From contig NC_086108.1 of assembly GCF_963921235.1 (NCBI RefSeq), positions 30,568,001 through 30,632,000 of the forward strand: a stretch of 64,000 bases of DNA. Reading direction: 5' to 3'. Shown here in pieces: positions 37,851 to 50,957 of the stretch. Made by a program: the position numbers and the translations under genes. The first letter of the stretch is position 1. Every line of letters starts with the position of its first letter. The notes below the pieces were generated by a model that did no database searches, was not told the origin of the DNA, and saw only the letters and a program-made list of their open reading frames with translations. The stretch is from Mobula hypostoma. Taxonomy: Eukaryota.

Positions 37851-39394
37851 TATATCATTAAATCTTGGGGCTTTTGAGCAAACGTATTGGATGCAAAAAA
37901 CAAAGAGGTCATGTAGGAATTGCTGGAGATGTAAACACAGGAAGAATTGCTTAGGCAAAAAATAGGCCATGATTTTATTTGAAAGGTGGAACAGGCATGA
38001 GAGACTGAATGACTACTGTTGCTTCCATTTCTTATACCAACAAAACAATGTCTTGGCTGCAAGTGCTGCAGGGAAGGAAATCCTGGCCTTAGGGCTAGGT
38101 GGCTGAAAGCACCATTACTAAAGTTAGGGATAGGTATTAGAAACAGGGGCTGCACAAGAGGCCAGGCTTAGATGAGCTCAGATATCCCAGTGGCTTATAA
38201 AATTGGAGGAGGGTATGGAAATAAGGGAAGGTGAATCTACAAAGGGAATTTTACAGGACAATGGAAATCATTTGTTAGGCTGGAAACAAATGTGGAACAG
38301 CCAACACAGAAAGCACTTGATTTGAGGATGGCCGGTAACCTGTTTTAATTTGTTGTTATTTGTTTATTATTTAGAGTTGCCTCAGAATATATTGTTGTTT
38401 CTTTTCCTGCAATTTCACTGCAGATGAATTTCCTCCTCCAGGTCATTAATGTACATCAGAGACAACTGAGAGCCAAGAACCAATCCCTGTGCTACATCAA
38501 TAGTTAAATCCCATTAGCCCAAAAAGTGCCCTTTTATTCCAACTCTTTGTTTTCATTGTAACGGCCAGTTCACAATCTATACCATCATACATTTTCCAGT
38601 ACCTTGGGCTCGTAATTTATACATCAGCATTTTATGTTGCACCTCGTCAAATGCCATTTGGACATTTAAGAAGACTACTACATCTACAGTCTAGTAACTC
38701 TCCTTGTCACTGCTGGATCCCAAAAACTTGTAGCAACCACCTAAAACCTCTAGCAACCACTAAACCTTGCCTGTCTGGATAACCTACCCTTCAGTTTAAC
38801 ATTATCCTTAACTTCATTTGTTAATCACTGACGCTGACTCCTTCTTATGGACTCTCTGAATAATTGAGATAAATTCTGCAGGAAGTTACAGGTCAGGCTT
38901 GAATGTCTTCCTCTGTTCATTAACTGACTTGTCTCTGAGTCTATGTTCCCCATCTATCTTCAACAACCTTTCATACCAGTTGCCCTTATTTAAGCTGAAT
39001 ACTGAGGTTATGTCCTCTGGTGCTCATCCTCTAGAACCCTATCATGTTGTGGTCACTAACTCAAAAGGATCTTTAATCACAAGATCGCATTTTAATCCTT
39101 GCTCGTTATTCATGGGATATGACATGGACTGATGAGCAGAATAATTTTCTCTTGTGTTATAAACATCTGTAAAATAGCAGCAGTATAGCTCTGGGTTAAT
39201 GCCAAGTCTCCTGCCCAATGCCCATCAATCAATGTCAATGAATCTTTTTGCTTGTTCATTATCACTTTGCTCTATACAATTTAGTCATGGTGCTTAAAAT
39301 AGAGACTGCTGCTGAAATTTTACTCATTCATTCAGGAATTTAGGATTTCTAAGGCAGGGAGGACATAACTGTAATGGGATGTTATGTGATATCA

Positions 39395-40630
39395 TAGAAC
39401 ATAGAACAGTTCAACACCTTTGGCCCATAATGTGCTGATCTTTTAACCTACCTTAAGATCAATCTGACCTCCTCTCATAATCTTCGTTTTTCTTTCATCC
39501 ATGTGGCTTTCTAAGAGTTTCTTAAATATCCTCAATGTACCTGCCCTTACTACCACCTCTAGGAGTGCATTCCAGACACTCACCACTCTGATATCCCCCT
39601 ACATTTTCCTTGAAACTCCTTAAAGTTATGGCCCCTTGGGTTATACATTTCTGCCTTAGAAAAATAATTCTGGCTGTCCACTCTACCTATGCCTACTTTC
39701 ATCTCATACAACTCCACCAAGTCATGTCTCATTCCCCTTGACTTCAAAGAGAAAAGCCCTAACTCACTCAACCTATCCTCATAAGACATGCTCTCTAATC
39801 CAGACAGCATCCTGGCAAATCTCCTCTGTGTTCTCCATAAAGCTTCCACATTCTTCCTATATTGAAGTAACCAGAACTGAGCAGAAGACTCTGAGAGTGG
39901 TATAACCATAGGTTTATAGAGCTGCTACACAACTTGAGGGTCTTGAACTCATTCCCTCAATTTGTGAAGACTAACACACCATGCAGCTTTTTAACCAGCC
40001 TATCAACTTGCACAGCAACTTAGAGGGATCTATGGATGTAGACCACAAATCCCTCTGTTCCTCTACACTTCTAAGAATACCTGTAACCCTGTGAAAACTT
40101 CCAAAGTGTATCACTTCACACTTCTCTGGATTGAACTCCATCTGCCATTTCTCAGCACAGCTCTGCATCCTATCAATATCCCATTGTAACCTATGGCAAC
40201 CATCAATGCTATCTAAAACCTCCATGTTGCCTGCATACTTACTAACCTGGCCTTCCACTTCCTCACCTGCCATTTATAAAAAAATCACAAAGAGCAGAGG
40301 TACCAGAACACTACTGATCAGTGACTTCCAGGCAAAATACACCCATTTTCCTTTTGTAGGCAAGTCAATATTGAATTCACCCAGTCAAGTTTTAATGGAC
40401 CCCATGCTTCCTGACTTTGTGAATGAGTCTATCATGGGGAACCTTGTCAAATGCATTACTAAAATCCATATACTCCACATCTACTACTCTGTCTTCTGCA
40501 ATTTGTTTTGAAATTTCCTCAAATAATTCAATCAGGCTTGCAGGGCATATCTTGCCCCTCAAAAAGCCAAATTGACCATCCTAATCAGACTATTCTTCTC
40601 CAAATTCTGTCTCTAAGAATCCTTTCAATG
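39395..40630 (-). mobile_element. CR1 LINE fragment
   Basis: LQWDIDRMQSCAEKWQMEFNPEKCEVIHFG; QRRFARMLSGLESMSYEDRLSELGLFSL. Confidence 0.88.
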
Positions 40631-41499
40631 TAACTGTATTGTAGCTGTACTCAGCAGCAGTGTTACTCCAAATCAATGATCACCACCACCAAGTAAGGCA
40701 AAACCTGAAGACACCTGTGGGTTCTATCAAAATCATTCACCGTCCTAATTTGCAATATGTTACTAGCCCTTTGCTCCCACTATATCTAAATCCTTGAACT
40801 CTCTACCCAACAGTATTATAGAAGCATTTTCAGCAGAAGGACAACAGTAATTCAGGAAGGCAGTTCAGCTCATCTCGGAGATATTGCCAATTAAATTCAG
40901 CACATGATAAAACTTGCCAATAACTTTGCCTAATAACTACACTCTTTAATATCACAATTAGTTCAAACATCTCAAAGATTCATTATGTTGCTTCAAATGA
41001 GACTCTTTAAATCTTTAGTTACACAGCCCTTTACTTTCTTTCACAGCTTCCAAAACCCGAAAATTGTATTTGGATACCACCCTCTCTAGATGAACACAGT
41101 TAGGGTTCAATGCAATAAGTTCTTCCCCAAATGCCTGATTAAAGGTCTTCTGAAATTGTTGGTCTCTGGAATTATTTCTCCCAATCATTCCGTGAACCCA
41201 GACATTAGTTTGCATAGCTCCTATGCATTGCTTTGATTTTACCGACAATTGTATGGTTATAAATCCATTTCTTTCCTTATATAAAACTGTTTCTTTTAAT
41301 TCTTCCAAATTCCTGCTGGCTTCTATAATTATCGTAGCTACCATATCCACAATTATCAGAACTGAAGCTTATACAATTTACTAGAATGACCCTAGTACCT
41401 AAAATGTGCCCATCAGAATATCCTTATCTTTTTTTCTTCTGTGTTCAGGAATAGTAGATGTTCTGTAATGTAAAACTGTCTCAGTTGACCTTTCACACT

Positions 41500-41845
41500 A
41501 TTGCATGCGATACTGATCTCCACATTGTTGGAAAAATATGGAGCTCTTAGAGAGGATGCTGTTTGGATTAGAGTGTATGAGCTATAAGGAGGGGTTGAAC
41601 AAACTTGGGGTATTTTCTCTGGAGCATCAGATGCTGAAGGGAGACCAGTTTAGAGTTCATAAAATAATGAGACATATTGAGTCAGAATCTTTTTCCCAGG
41701 ATAGAAATGCCAGATACTAAGGGGATCATCTTTTTAAGCTGAGAGGTAAAAGCTTAAATGAAACGTGGGAGGGGGCAAGTCTTTTACACAAAGTGTTGTA
41801 GGTGCCTGGAGCCAGCTGCCAGGGCTAGTAGTGGAAGCAGAAAAT
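41500..41845 (+). mobile_element. CR1 fragment
   Basis: RMLFGLECMSYKEGLNKLGVFSLE. Confidence 0.75.
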
Positions 41846-41849
41846 GAGG

Positions 41850-42340
41850 GTATTTACCTCAAGAATGGTTGAAAAGAGATAAATATTTCATGAATATACT
41901 GCGGGTGGCTGGTAAAAAGACCCTTACCAGGAAATGGTTATCACAGGAGAGCCCAACTTTAAATGTATGGATGGAAATTACAATGGACATTTACAAAATG
42001 GAGAAGATAACAACATCTGTTAATCATAAGTTGGTGCAATTTTATTCATACTGGAAAAATGGTTTAACTACATAACACCTCGTAGGCCTGATTTTATTCT
42101 TACAAGTCAATGAATATGTTGTAAAAATAAAGATCGCTCCCTTCTCTGTACATAGTTTTTTCTTCTTTTGATTGTTCTTTCTTTCCTTTCCTTTCTATAA
42201 GTGTACAAAGTGTACACCTCAGATAAATATTATGTGGAGATTTGCGACAAATATGATATATATGTACAGTATCTGATACATCTTATGGAAATGTTTGTTT
42301 GATGATGAAATTCAATAAAAAAATAAAATACAAAAAAAAA
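41850..42340 (+). mobile_element. L1 3' end with poly(A)
   Basis: AGKKTLTRKWLSQESPTLNVWMEIT...MEKIT; aataaa followed by an A-rich tail ending at 42340. Confidence 0.75.
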
Positions 42341-43579
42341 GGACTGCTTGCAATGTTCGCTTGTTTGTGGAATCTTATTCATGAAGTTGACTTCAGAATA
42401 GCTGTCCTTATAAAGGAATCTTTCTTCCTTCTCATAAGCTCTGTAACTCATCCTAACCACCAGATCGATGGAGAACTTCCATAGGCTGGTGGTGGGGGGT
42501 GGGGGGGGGTGGTGCTTGAACTGCTGCAGGTAATGTCAGTAAAAAAGCTGATTTGAGTCATTTGCCTCTTTGAGTCCTCTCATGTTACACCTCGGCACCA
42601 TTTCCCCATCTCCTTTGATACTTGGAAGTCTCTTGATCTCTGTTCTAAATGATTACAATGACTGAGCTACCAAAGATAAAGAATTCTACTGGTTAGTAAT
42701 GTGATAGTAGTACTAAAGAAGCTGATCAATTAGCATATGAATATGCTGGGAATGGTGGGGGGGGGGTTATCGATCATGTAGAAGCAGAAGAGATTTAGCT
42801 TAATTTGATATGGTGTCCAGCATTGATAACATGAGTGAAAGGATCTGTTCCTTCGCTGAATTGTTCGAAATTCTATGGAAAGCTGACTGAGCTATGTTCC
42901 CACATTAACAATAACCAGATATCCAAATATGGCATATCCCTAACTCACACAGATCCGCTTCATACTGACTGAACTTTTCTATTTCCACTTCTCTACTTAT
43001 CTGCTTTTTCTTTGTTGACTATCCTCCCTCCCCCACCACTGCCGTCAACCTCCAATCCATGTTCAGGAATGATTTAAGGATCACTCAAATTATCTGCGTA
43101 AGTAAATCTAAACACACCCAATGTACAATAGGATGTTGTGCTACAGGCAATGGATGTGTAACATTTAACAGACAGGTTTCTTCAGTCTTAATTTAAAATA
43201 ACCTTATTGATGTATTTACTTGCTGAGTAACTAGACTTTTCCAAAAAAAAGAATAAAATTGAAGTTATTATTAGTCAAATTAGCATAACTACAATGATGA
43301 GAAATGCTAAATAAGAAATAAGGCACATCTATACTCTACTCCCAGATCCACAGGGGAGTGTGTATTTTATTTATTAGCAGTTTATATAACCTGGGAAATC
43401 TGTAAACCTGTACCAAAGAATCATCACGAGGCAGAAATGTGTATTCTAATCTATTCAAAAAGTTCAGGGAGCAAGGAAATACTGCGAGTGTATTGTTGTT
43501 GATGGAAATGAAGGTCATTGCAAAAGGAATTTGTGATCTTTATGAAATCTGATTTTAGTGAATACAAACCGTAAATAAA

Positions 43580-43830
43580 GTTCAAAGTAAATTTTATTAT
43601 CAAAGTACATATATGTTACCATATACAAGCCTGAGATTTATTTTCCTATGGGCATACTCAATAAATCTATAGAATAATAATTTTAACAGAATCAATAAAA
43701 GACTGCCCAATTGGGGTGTTCAACCAGACTGCAGAAGACAACAAACTGAGCAAATACAAAAAGAAGATATAATGAATAAATAAATAAATAAAAACAAATA
43801 CTGAGAACATAAGATGAAGAGTCCTTGAAA
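43580..43830 (-). mobile_element. LINE-tail-derived interspersed repeat (second copy about 47795-48110)
   Basis: aagttcaaa...ttatcaaa(g/a)tacatatatgt(t/c)accatatac shared between the two loci. Confidence 0.6.
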
Positions 43831-44129
43831 ATACAAGGGCACTTTGGGATGGGCAATAATTCCTGGCTTTGCTGGTGACATCCAGATCCTAAAAATTACT
43901 ATATAACGGAATGAAGATACATTACAATAAATGTGGTTGGACTTTTCCATACTTTTTTAACCCAGTGAATTGCTAATAAAAATACCTCAAAAAGTCAAAG
44001 GATATTTATTCAGTTGTTTGACTCTCCTTAATTTTCATCCTTGCTGATCGTTATCAATTCCTGTCATCCCCTTCTTCTTTGTAATTTTAGTCTCCTCTTT
44101 ATTCAGAGCATTGAAAACATTGAAAAATT

Positions 44130-45065
44130 TTGAATGAGTCAGATACATGGGTGTACAGCTAGATCCAGTTCAAACTGAATCACCAAGTTCACTGTTATCA
44201 TAATAGTACTTGATCTCATCAACAGTGATGACAAGACAATGTAGAGAGAGAGGACAGAGTAGCTGGTAGGAGGGTGTGAGCATAATGACTTTAGTCTCAA
44301 TATGGGCATTATAAAGAGATGATGGTGTACTTTAGGAAGGTGCAGGCTAACCTCATTGCACACAAACGTGGAGAGAGTTAGGAACACCATGTTTCTGGGA
44401 GAGCACTAATGGATGATCTGGACTTCAACACCACCTCTTTAGTCAAAAATTTACAGCAGCGTCTCATCTTCTTGAGGACATTAAGGCAAATGAGGCTCCC
44501 TCCCGCACCCTCTAACCAACTTTAGCAGGAGTACCATTGAAGGTGCCCACACCAGCTGTATTAGCATCTGGTATAGGAACTGTAAGGCATCTGACTGCAA
44601 GATCCTACAAATGATTGTGAGGACTGCTGAGAGGAATATCAAGGTCTCTGTTCCATCCACACAAGATAATTATCAGGAGCACTGCATGCACCAGGCAGTG
44701 TCAATGATCAGTCCTATCTGTCCAACAATCTTTTTGACCCCATGCCATCAGGCAGGAGGTATCATAGCATTAGGACGAAGTCTGTTAGGGTGGGAAACAA
44801 TTTCTTCTCCTAACCTGTGAGATTACTGGACTCCCTGCTATCACCAAGGTCTCAGTGGTACATACTATTAACTTTTTGACTTGTGACATAAATGCTCCTT
44901 ATTATTTGTTAACTTATTTGTGGTAATATTACCTTTGTATTGTGTGTGAGTTATATGTACTGTGTTATGCACCTTGGTCCGGGAGGAATGTTGCTTCATT
45001 TGGTGGTATACATGTACACAGTTGAATGACAATAAACTTAAACTTGGCTTGACTTGACTTGATTA
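44130..45065 (+). mobile_element. Rex1/Babar fragment
   Basis: Degenerate RT C-terminal sequence, IVRTAERNI; aataaa and (cttga)n tail. Confidence 0.7.
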
Positions 45066-45529
45066 TATTGCACTATAAACAAAGTAAATAAATACAACTC
45101 CTGGGTAATACACTTGCAAGTCTAGGAAGAAAATGGTCTTTTGGTGCAATTCCAACACAAAAAGACCTTAAATTCCCAGTTTTGGCTGAGTTGCCAGTCT
45201 AGACATGGTGAACCAAAACAAGAAATTGCTGGTTGAGATTCCATCACCCCTCTGGATCTTGTTGGCTGGAGTAATTAATATGTTCATTGGACCTGAGGCT
45301 TCCCCATTAGCTTTATTAATATAATTGAAAGATGGAATGGTAAAATAGATAAGTTTAACAACTTGTGAGAAATACAGGGAGCAAACGTTAGGGAAACTAT
45401 GTAACAGTCAGTTGTTTATAGAAACCAGCTAAAGAGAGAACATGCATTCCTGCGTGCATGCAGGAAGAATATGCCTGTGATAGTTCTTCCTATCGTGTTT
45501 GTGATAGGAAGAACTATCACAAACATGAT

Positions 45530-45660
45530 AAAATCGGCAGATGCTGGACATCCAAAGCAACACACACAAAATGCTGGAGGAACTCAGCATGTCAGGGAGC
45601 ATCTGTGGAAAAGGGTATACAGTCAATGTTTTGGTCTGAGACCCTTAATCAGGACTCAGG
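45530..45660 (-). mobile_element. PLE tail with degenerate hammerhead
   Basis: Minus strand reads gtcCTGATTAagggtctcagaccAAAACATTgactg. Confidence 0.7.
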
Positions 45661-45949
45661 AAGAAATCCTTTCATAGTCTAATCATTTCCTTAATTTTTA
45701 AGGTAATATCACACATTATGCCCAGAATAACATCAGCCACACATTATGCAACTATAAGACTTTATCCCGTCTGTTCAAGAAATTCCCTTGGTTTCACCCA
45801 CATTTGGCTGCTATCAAGCCTAATGTACTTCTTTCTTTCCATCTCGGGTTTGACGAGGGGAGCCTCATGGGAATTATCAACAATTTCTCTTTCCGCAGAT
45901 GCTGCACCATATCCTGACATACATCAGCCGGGGTGGAGAGGATCTGTAG

Positions 45950-48900
45950 AAAAGCTGAGGGCACAGCCTCAGAATAAAGGAACATCCCTTTAAAACTTAG
46001 TTGAGAAGGAATTTCTTCAGCCAGGGATTGGTGAATCATTGCCACAGAAGGGCAGTGGAGGCCAAGTCACTGGATGTATTTAAGGCAGGGGCTATTGATA
46101 GGTTCTTGATTGGTAAGGGTTTTAAATGTTCCAAGAGAAGGTAGGAGAATGGGGTTAATAAATAAAATTGCCATTATTGAATGGTGGAGAAGCCTCAATG
46201 AGCCAAATGACTTATTTCTGCTCCTATATCTTATGGTCTTACCTGCTTGGTTTTTCTATTTTCTGTTTTGTTTTTAGTTATCCTACACTCAGGCAAGTCC
46301 CAGAGTGTTAATAGTAACAACTCCTGGCACAGATCTACTGGTAACTGTCCCCATTTGAACCATTTTGACTCATCCTATCATAAGCACCCTCATTCTTCTA
46401 CACACCCCTCTTCTATTTCCTCTTACTAAAACCCTCATGTTTTTCTTATGAAGGGTTGCTAATCTCAAAGTTTCTCCTTCCACGAATTCTGCTTTAACCT
46501 GCTGAGCTTTTCCAGCATTTTCTGTATTTGTTCTACACCAAGAGAGTTCGATTCTCTCCTAAGTTCTTTCCTCAAGGATTTTTTGTTACTTTCTTTCAGA
46601 AGTGCAGCATTTGTATTATTTTACTCTATCTCTCTGGTTGCTTGATCATATAAGGAAAAAAAGCTCTTGCATGCTTCTTCAGATTTATTACCACTAACTT
46701 TTTAAACTAAACTGCACAGGAGATTTAAAGATATTGCAAGGATGAGCATGTCTTATGAGGATAGGTTGAGTGAACTAGGGATCTTCTTCAAAGCGAAGAA
46801 AGATGAGAGGTGACTTGATAGAGGTCTACAAGGTGATAAGAGGCATAGATTGAGTAGATAGCTGAAACTTTTCCCAAGGGCGGAAATGGCTAATTTGAAG
46901 GGACATAATTTTAAGGAGATTGGAAGAAAGTATCATGGAGATATCAAAGGTAAGTTTTTACACAGACGGTTGTGGGTGCATGGAGCACGCTGCCAGGCAG
47001 ATACAATTAGGACATTTCAGAAGCTCTTAGACAGGGAAATGGGAAGCTATGTAGGAGGGAAGGGTTAGATTGATCTTAGTAGGTTAAAAGGTTGCTACAA
47101 CTTTAGTGGTCAAAGGGCCTGTACTGTGTTGCAGTGTTCCTTGTTCTATATTCTAATAATTGCAGCTTGAAAATCTGGATGAAATCCTTTCTCACAACGT
47201 CTGTTATGTTAACATATTCCTCAGCTGCTCTTCTGATGACCTTGTTCTTTGGTGAATGCTCTAGACGGTTTCTACGACTAACCTTGACACTCTGCCTGCA
47301 TTCTGATCACCCTGACCATGGCAGTTGTCAGTGTTATCATTGTTCTAAACCTGGTTGTTATTAAATCCTCCTTCAAGTATTCAACTGACTTTGTGATTGT
47401 CTCAGAATAAAATTAAATCAAAACCTTTCTCATTTGCAGTTGAAGTGTATGGGGATTGCCTTTAAGATAATTTTAGACTGTTAGTTAATTTAAATTGAGT
47501 TTAGTTTAAATGTTAATTTTAGGATTAGAATTATATCAGCAGTTGGGGATAGAAGTGATCTCACAGTTAAAGTTCAGAGTTAGTAGGAGGCTAAATTTAG
47601 GCTTCAGTTTATGATTGAGTTAAGATTTGGATTGGGGGAGGAAGTACAATAAGAAAATAAGTTAATGCCAAGCTCAATATTAGAATTTCATCCGCAAAGG
47701 ACAAGTGTGACATGAACAGCAGAGAATGAGGAAGGGATGTGAATACACTGGAAAGGGTGCAGAGATTTTCCAGAATGTTAGCTGGAATGAAGGGTTCAAA
47801 GTTCAAAATAGATTTCTTATCAAAATACATATATGTCACCATATACTACCCTGAGAGTCATTTCTTGCAAACATTCATAATAAATAAAATAAACACAATA
47901 GAATCAATGAAAAACTGCACACAACCAAAACAGAGAAACAAGTAATGTGCAAAAAACAACAAATTGTACAAATACAGTAAAAGAAGAAAAATAATGATAA
48001 TGAATAAATAAGTAAGAAATATCAAGAACATGAGTTGTAGAGTCCTTGAAAGTGAGTCCATAGGTTGTAGGATCAGTTTAGTGTTGGAGTGAGTGAAATC
48101 ATCCCTTTAACGTTCTAGTCTTGTGGAGGCTGGATGCAATGGGTTTGGCTACCTTGCCGTGGAGGAGACTGAAAGGGCCCTGATAAGAGATTTACAAAAT
48201 TATGAGGAACACAGACAGAGTGCATAGCCTGAATCTTTCTCGCATAATAGATATCAAAAACAAAAGGGTCTTTTCTGGTTGGCTGTTGGTTACTAGTAAT
48301 CTTCCTCAGAAGTTAGTCTTGGATCTGCTACTTTTCATGATACATGATAATGATCTGGATGATAGAACTGGTATCTTTGTGGCCAAGTTTGCAGATGATT
48401 TAAAGATCAGTGGAGGGGCTGATCGTGTTGAGGAAGCAAGGAGTATGTGGAAGGACATGGATAAGTTGAGAGAATGGGAGAAGAAATGTCCGATGGAATA
48501 CAGCATAGCGAAGTGTGTAGTCATGCATTTCAGTGGAAGAAATAAGGCTAAGCACAGTTAGAAATTCCCATGTGCTTTGAGTGGTGAATCTTTGGAATTC
48601 TCTTCCCCTGGGAGCTGTGCAGGAGAGATCGTTGGATGGATTTAAGGTAGAGGTAGATAGTTTTATGAAGATTGGGTGATTGAGGGACTGAGTGGTCTGG
48701 GAGAGAGTTGAGCTGAGGTGGGTGAGCTATGACCATTTTAAATTGTGGAATAGGCTTGAGGGGCCTTGTGGCCTATCCGTGCTCCTATTTTATTGTGTCC
48801 TCTCTCTCACAGTGGTTCCTTGACACTGTCTAGGGTGGAGTTGTTGAAACACAATCAGATGTACCCTGGAGCAGATTCAGCACACAGATGGCCCAGGGTA

Positions 48901-50110
48901 AGTACTATAAAACAACACAAGCTGATAGTCAGTGAGGGCTCTTGTGTCGGATCATGATCAAGCTGCCAGCAGATATCTGCTATGCATTGACTGGGGACTC
49001 TGGATTCAATAATGAGTCAGTATAACAGGGGTCCTGGACAAATATTAACTTTACTACAGTACTGTTTTATTTTAGAATAATATTTGCTGCCAATAAATCT
49101 AATAAGGAGTAATATTTTTATCCATCTAATATCTGGAATGTAGAAATGAGAAGCATAAGGAACATTTAAGGCAAATGTTGTAGAAACAAAAACAGAGGAA
49201 GTTAGAAAAGCAGCTATAAGAATGGAACAGATGGCATGCCTATGGGGTGTGATGACGGAGTGTGGTCAGCTGTGTGGACAGAATGCAGCTGGGGAGGAGG
49301 CTAGATGTGTGCTCAGAATCTATTAAACTGGACTGTGGCTGGCACCTAGAGCCAGGGTTCAAAGTGTACTTGCGAATGTAACGATGTGTGTGACTGGGAG
49401 CAAGGGGAGGGAGACTGGGAATGTAGACAGATGTGTAACATGGAGCTGGGACAGAGAGAATGGGAACACTATTGAGAAAAGCCTTTAAAGGCAAGAATAC
49501 CAAATGCCCTTTTCACTGCTTTATCCACCTTGTGTGGTCACTTTCAGAGAACTACAGACTGTCACCCTAAAGTTTCCCTGTACTCCTAATGCCCTTGCCA
49601 TTTATTCTATATATCCTGCTAGAGTTTGAGCTCCCAATGTGCACGATCTCACACTTGTTTGGATTAAGCTCCTTCTGCCACCATTCTGCCCAACTTTCCA
49701 GATAATTTACAGGTATGTCCTGCTGTATCATTAGACAATCTTCTATGCTATCTACAACTCCAAACATTTTGTGTCATCTGCAAATTTATTAATTAGCCAT
49801 TCGAAATTCTCTATATTACAAGTATACAAACAACAAAGTTCCCAGCACCAATCCTGTGATGTGCTACTTGTTACAGATTTCAAACCAGATAGGTACCAAC
49901 CCAGCACTACCCTCTGCTTCATAATATCAAGACAATTTTGGATCTAGTTTACCAAAACACCTTGTATGCCTTGTCCGTTAACCTTCTGGACCACTCTACT
50001 ATGTGGAATCTTGTTAGAAATCTCACTGTACTCCAAGACTATGACTACTGTTCTACCTTTATCAGTTTTCTTAGTTACCTGCCCAAAAGTCAAATCAGAT
50101 TTGTGAGACA
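45950..50110. mobile_element. Cluster of CR1 fragments (about 45950-46240 +, 46740-47150 +, 47740-48790 +, 49500-50110 -)
   Basis: FVAKFADDLKISG, LERVQRF and LESWAEWWQKELNPNKCEIVHIG remnants; CR1 3' UTR motifs. Confidence 0.7.
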
Positions 50111-50957
50111 ATGCATGGTCAGTTCAGCTAAGTTTGATGACAGAGTAACACCATATGGACAGGCCGACATATTTTGAACTGTATAGGTTGGACACTCTGG
50201 CCCCTGTCTGTCCATGACATAAGTTGTGAGGATTCCAAAGGTGGAATTGTTACTCTTTTTATGAACAGGAGTGCTCTTCCAAGTTCCGCAAATTAATCTC
50301 GGACTGCTGCCTTGCCATCATCTCTCTGAACACCAATGTGTCAGACCGTGCACTGACGGACGATCAAATCCAGGTGCAGAGAAATGACAGACTCCCATGT
50401 AGAGACAGAAACAAGCGTTTATGCATAGGAATTCCAACAGAACATCGGTGGCTCAACCAAGTGACACTGTGAGACAAATTATTCTCAGAACACAAGGACT
50501 CTGCATTGTTAATTGGAAGTCCGCTTTAAATAATCACAGTCAAAATAAACTTGACAAGATTAAACAGAAAACACAAACGACTCTAGATAAGACGACAATT
50601 AACAAATACACATGCACAGGGTCGCAGGGCTCATGACACAATGTCCTAGATGGATTTCCACTTGTGGCTCCATGGTAATGCAATAACAGTATAGTACAAA
50701 CCTGATGGGATGCTCAGGTGGAAGTCCATGATTGAAACACTGTCTTGTCTCAATGGAAATGAGATTTTCATCTTAAAGTAGAGCTGGACTTCCCATTGTA
50801 ATTACCAGCCAAGCAGAGAAATAAACATGTGAGACACAGGAGACTACAGGTGCCGGAATATGGAGCAAAAAGATCAAACTGCTGAAAGAACTCGGTGAAC
50901 CAAGCATCATTTGAGGAGAGGATAGCTGACATTTCAGATTGTAATCCTGCATCAGAT

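Noticed and set aside
43067..43103. Isolated ag...gtaagt micro-exon candidate (also a gtaagt near 13053)
   Set aside because: No partner exons or homology; such motifs occur by chance.
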